Below are positions 61,376 through 64,000 of a stretch of 64,000 nucleotides of DNA, piece after piece. This DNA comes from Methanocaldococcus sp. 16A (GTDB taxonomy: Archaea; AGJL01; Methanococci; Methanococcales; Methanocaldococcaceae): the NCBI GenBank assembly GCA_049860595.1, contig CP187551.1, one strand, 5' to 3'. A program made the translations under genes and the position numbers. The notes below the pieces were generated by a model. It searched no databases, was not told where the DNA came from, and saw only the letters and a list, made by a program, of their open reading frames with translations. How positions within the stretch are numbered: the stretch's first letter is position 1; every line of letters begins with the position of its first letter.

Positions 61376-62284
61376 TTACTGTCCTAACACTTGCCCCCAG
61401 CTTGTTATCTCTCCAGCAAATATTTTTTTAACTAGTTCTTTGTTTAAGTTGTCTATTGGGTTTGCTGGATTTACAATAATAGCAACTCCATCCATTCCAA
61501 TAACGTGGTCTTCTAAGGTATATCTTTGAAGTTCCTCTGGGGTAGCGTCTCTTGAAGCCATACCTATATCAACCAACCCTTCCCCAACCTGCTTAATTCC
61601 AAACCCTGAGCCTCCACCACTTACAGTTATTTTAACATTTGGATACATTTGCATAAATCTCTTAGCACATTCGGCAGCTATTGGTTCTACAGTAGTTGAA
61701 CCAGAAATTTTGATTTCTCCCTTAAGCCCTTCTTTCTTTTGGTATGGTTGTGGGTTTGGTAATGGGATGTATCCTTCTTTCTTAACAATTTCCTGTCCTT
61801 CTTTACTTTGTATAAATTTTATAAATTCCATAACAAGCTCATATTTGTTAGGGTCTTTTTCTTTTAGCTCTTTATTTATATACATATGAAGTTTTCTTGA
61901 GATTGGGTATTTGCCATTTTTAACATTCTCCTCTGTAGGTTCTATGCCCTCAAATTTAACAGCTTTAACTGAACTATCTAAATAACCAATTGACAAATAA
62001 CCAATTCCATACTTATCTTGAGCAATAGCACTCTTCATTGCTCCATTTGAAGGAACAACAACTGCTTTTTTAGTTATTTCTCCTTTATCTAAAGCTTTTT
62101 CCCAGAAAACTTCTCTTGTTCCACTTTCTGGATCTCTTGTATATACGTTTATAGATGCTTTAGTCCAATCATCAACTGAATTTTCTGAATTACCTCCAAC
62201 ACATCCACTTATACATAGAGCTGGGACAATTAAAAGTATCCCAAATAGTAGAGCTATAAATCTCTTCACAACACCACCTTCCAA
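61376..62284 (-). CDS. pstS: Phosphate-binding lipoprotein PstS, circularly permuted; probable start GTG 62269
   Basis: Lipobox ISGC. The TRDPESGTR...YPISR...GYIPL half comes before the GSTTVEP...GGGSG...DIGMASR...IFAGEITSW half. Confidence 0.9.
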   Translation of the reverse strand: MEGGVVKRFIALLFGILLIVPALCISGCVGGNSENSVDDWTKASINVYTRDPESGTREVFWEKALDKGEITKKAVVVPSNGAMKSAIAQDKYGIGYLSIGYLDSSVKAVKFEGIEPTEENVKNGKYPISRKLHMYINKELKEKDPNKYELVMEFIKFIQSKEGQEIVKKEGYIPLPNPQPYQKKEGLKGEIKISGSTTVEPIAAECAKRFMQMYPNVKITVSGGGSGFGIKQVGEGLVDIGMASRDATPEELQRYTLEDHVIGMDGVAIIVNPANPIDNLNKELVKKIFAGEITSWGQVLGQ

Positions 62285-62342
62285 CTTTGTTATCTAAAAC
62301 CTATACATTTGTGGTATATAAAGTTTTTCATTTTGAATTAAA

Positions 62343-62359
62343 GTTCATATTTTATGAAC
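62343..62359. promoter_or_regulatory. Perfect palindrome GTTCATA-TTT-TATGAAC between the divergent pstS and cheR promoters
   Basis: 7-bp inverted repeat just upstream of the pstS TATA box. Confidence 0.35.
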
Positions 62360-62502
62360 ATTCAATTTTAATAAACATAGAATATATAAATATTTTAATA
62401 AAAATTGGTTTTTAAATTTTTTCTTTAATAAGAAGTTATATATATTAACTCTAACAAAAATATAAATTGTCTAATGGTTGTTTTAAAAGAAAATGGGATA
62501 GC

Positions 62503-63354
62503 ATGGTAATAGGAGTAAATAGTAACACTGAGAAACTCGATACTATAGAACAAATGTATTTCAAAAGAATATTAAGTCATATCAAAAATGTATTAAAAAT
62601 AGATGTTACTCAATATAAAGATAGCTATGTTATGAGAAGGATTAGAGTACGAATGAAAGCCGCTAAATGCAAAACATTCAAAGAGTATTATGAATACTTA
62701 AAAAGCCATAGTGATGAAAATGAAAAATTGGCTGAGACTTTAACAGTTAATGTTACAGAATTTTGGAGAGATATTACTGTATATAATGAAATACAAAAAA
62801 TCATAGATGAGTGGGTAGCTGATAGAAAAATACGAAAGATAAGAATATGGAGTGCGGGATGTTCTTCAGGGGAAGAACCTTACGGTGTAGCAATTATTTT
62901 AAGTGAAGCAATGGAAAAACATAAAAGAAAATTACTAAATGTTTCAATAACTGCTACGGATATTGATAAAGAAGTTCTTGCTAAAGCAAGAAGGGGAGTT
63001 TATCAGGCAAAACAACTAAAAAATTTACCTCCTCAAATTATAGAAAAATATTTTATAAAGCTCAATGATGAGGAATATATGATAAAAAATACAATAAAAA
63101 AATTTGTGAGATTTCAATATCATGACCTTATAAAAGACCCTCCATTAAAAAATATGGACATGATATTATGTAGAAATGTTATTATTTATTTTGATAAAAA
63201 GATTCAGGAGGATATTTTTTTGAAATTTTATGAAGCATTAAATCCGGGAGGATTTTTGATACTTGGAAAAACTGAAATACTTCATGGAGAAGCAAAAAAA
63301 TTATTTAAAACGTATAATGCGAGAGAAAGAATTTACCAAAAACCAATAGAATAA
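62503..63354 (+). CDS. cheR: Chemotaxis protein-glutamate methyltransferase CheR
   Basis: LTVNVTEFWRD, IWSAGCSSGEEPY, ATDID, ILCRNVIIYF, LGKTE. Confidence 0.95.
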   Translation: MVIGVNSNTEKLDTIEQMYFKRILSHIKNVLKIDVTQYKDSYVMRRIRVRMKAAKCKTFKEYYEYLKSHSDENEKLAETLTVNVTEFWRDITVYNEIQKIIDEWVADRKIRKIRIWSAGCSSGEEPYGVAIILSEAMEKHKRKLLNVSITATDIDKEVLAKARRGVYQAKQLKNLPPQIIEKYFIKLNDEEYMIKNTIKKFVRFQYHDLIKDPPLKNMDMILCRNVIIYFDKKIQEDIFLKFYEALNPGGFLILGKTEILHGEAKKLFKTYNARERIYQKPIE

Positions 63355-63370
63355 AAACTATCATGTTTAT

Positions 63371-63988
63371 TTAGATAACACTATCTAATTTTTTAATTGA
63401 ATCAGGGTCAATTACAATTATTAAGTAACATTTTATTGGAAATCTCCCAACTATTTCGACCTTTGTGTCAAATAACATAACCACATCAGTTTTTTCAGCT
63501 ATTTCTGCTATTAATGACTCAACTATTGTAAAACCCATTTCTTTTATGAATGTTGGGGGCGTTATATCAATAACTCCATTAAGTTCATTTGCAAAAACAT
63601 TTAGAAATGAAGATATAACTATATTCCCCACTTCTCCAATTAAAGCTTTTTCCATTTCTTCATAATCTGGAAGGTCTGATTTACTTACCATACTGTCCCA
63701 AAGAATGTCAATAAGCATTAGCTTTTCAAGTTTTACGGAATCTTTTTCTGGTAACAAAATTAACCCATTACCACTAAGAACCCCATTAAAATCAATTCTT
63801 ACAGCTTTATATGGTTCATCTCCGAACTGTTCGGGAACAAACTCCACTAAAGCAAACCTTAAACCTAAAAAATATACTTCTACATTTTCTCCTGTTAATT
63901 CCATAAATGACTTTGCCATATTTTCAGTAGCTTCTTTACCAAGCTCTATTAACTTATTGATGGGTTTTATTAAACTCATAATTATCAC
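63371..63988 (-). CDS. cheC: Chemotaxis phosphatase CheC; probable start ATG 63979
   Basis: ELGK...AKSFMELTG and ALIGEVGNIVISSFLN...ITPP (ExxN). Confidence 0.88.
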   Translation of the reverse strand: MIIMSLIKPINKLIELGKEATENMAKSFMELTGENVEVYFLGLRFALVEFVPEQFGDEPYKAVRIDFNGVLSGNGLILLPEKDSVKLEKLMLIDILWDSMVSKSDLPDYEEMEKALIGEVGNIVISSFLNVFANELNGVIDITPPTFIKEMGFTIVESLIAEIAEKTDVVMLFDTKVEIVGRFPIKCYLIIVIDPDSIKKLDSVI

Positions 63989-64000
63989 ATTATTGAATTG

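Noticed and set aside
1-64000. tRNA, rRNA, cas genes, transposases, inteins, selenoprotein TGA read-through
   Set aside because: No extended GC-rich structured segments or matching motifs were recognised by eye; a covariance-model scan was not possible.

Overview
64 kb of AT-rich (~30% GC by eye) euryarchaeal chromosome. The proteins and gene order point to a hyperthermophilic Methanocaldococcus; orthology calls are from recalled M. jannaschii sequences, not a database search. Contents: the 3' part of the archaellum operon (flaB-C-D-E-F-G-H-I-J, then flaK, a large secreted protein, earA and a methyltransferase), a chlD-type chelatase gene split by a -1 frameshift, housekeeping and cofactor genes, four ribosomal/chaperone genes, a 48-repeat CRISPR array with no cas genes nearby, thermosome, hisS, cofF, dacZ, aksD, valS, ilvE, a pst operon and the edge of a chemotaxis cluster. 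Best leads: (1) a full-length MutS1 with no adjacent mutL, overlapping a small PD-(D/E)XK-type nuclease gene, between thermosome and hisS; (2) the same T-A9-C slippery signal in the same codon phase interrupting both flaC and chlD; (3) a CRISPR repeat sitting inside a split antisense copy of itself; (4) a divergent PII-fusion protein under an NrpR-type operator; (5) a circularly permuted PstS; (6) about 10 copies of a ~95-bp palindromic intergenic element. No rRNA, tRNA, cas gene or transposase was recognised.
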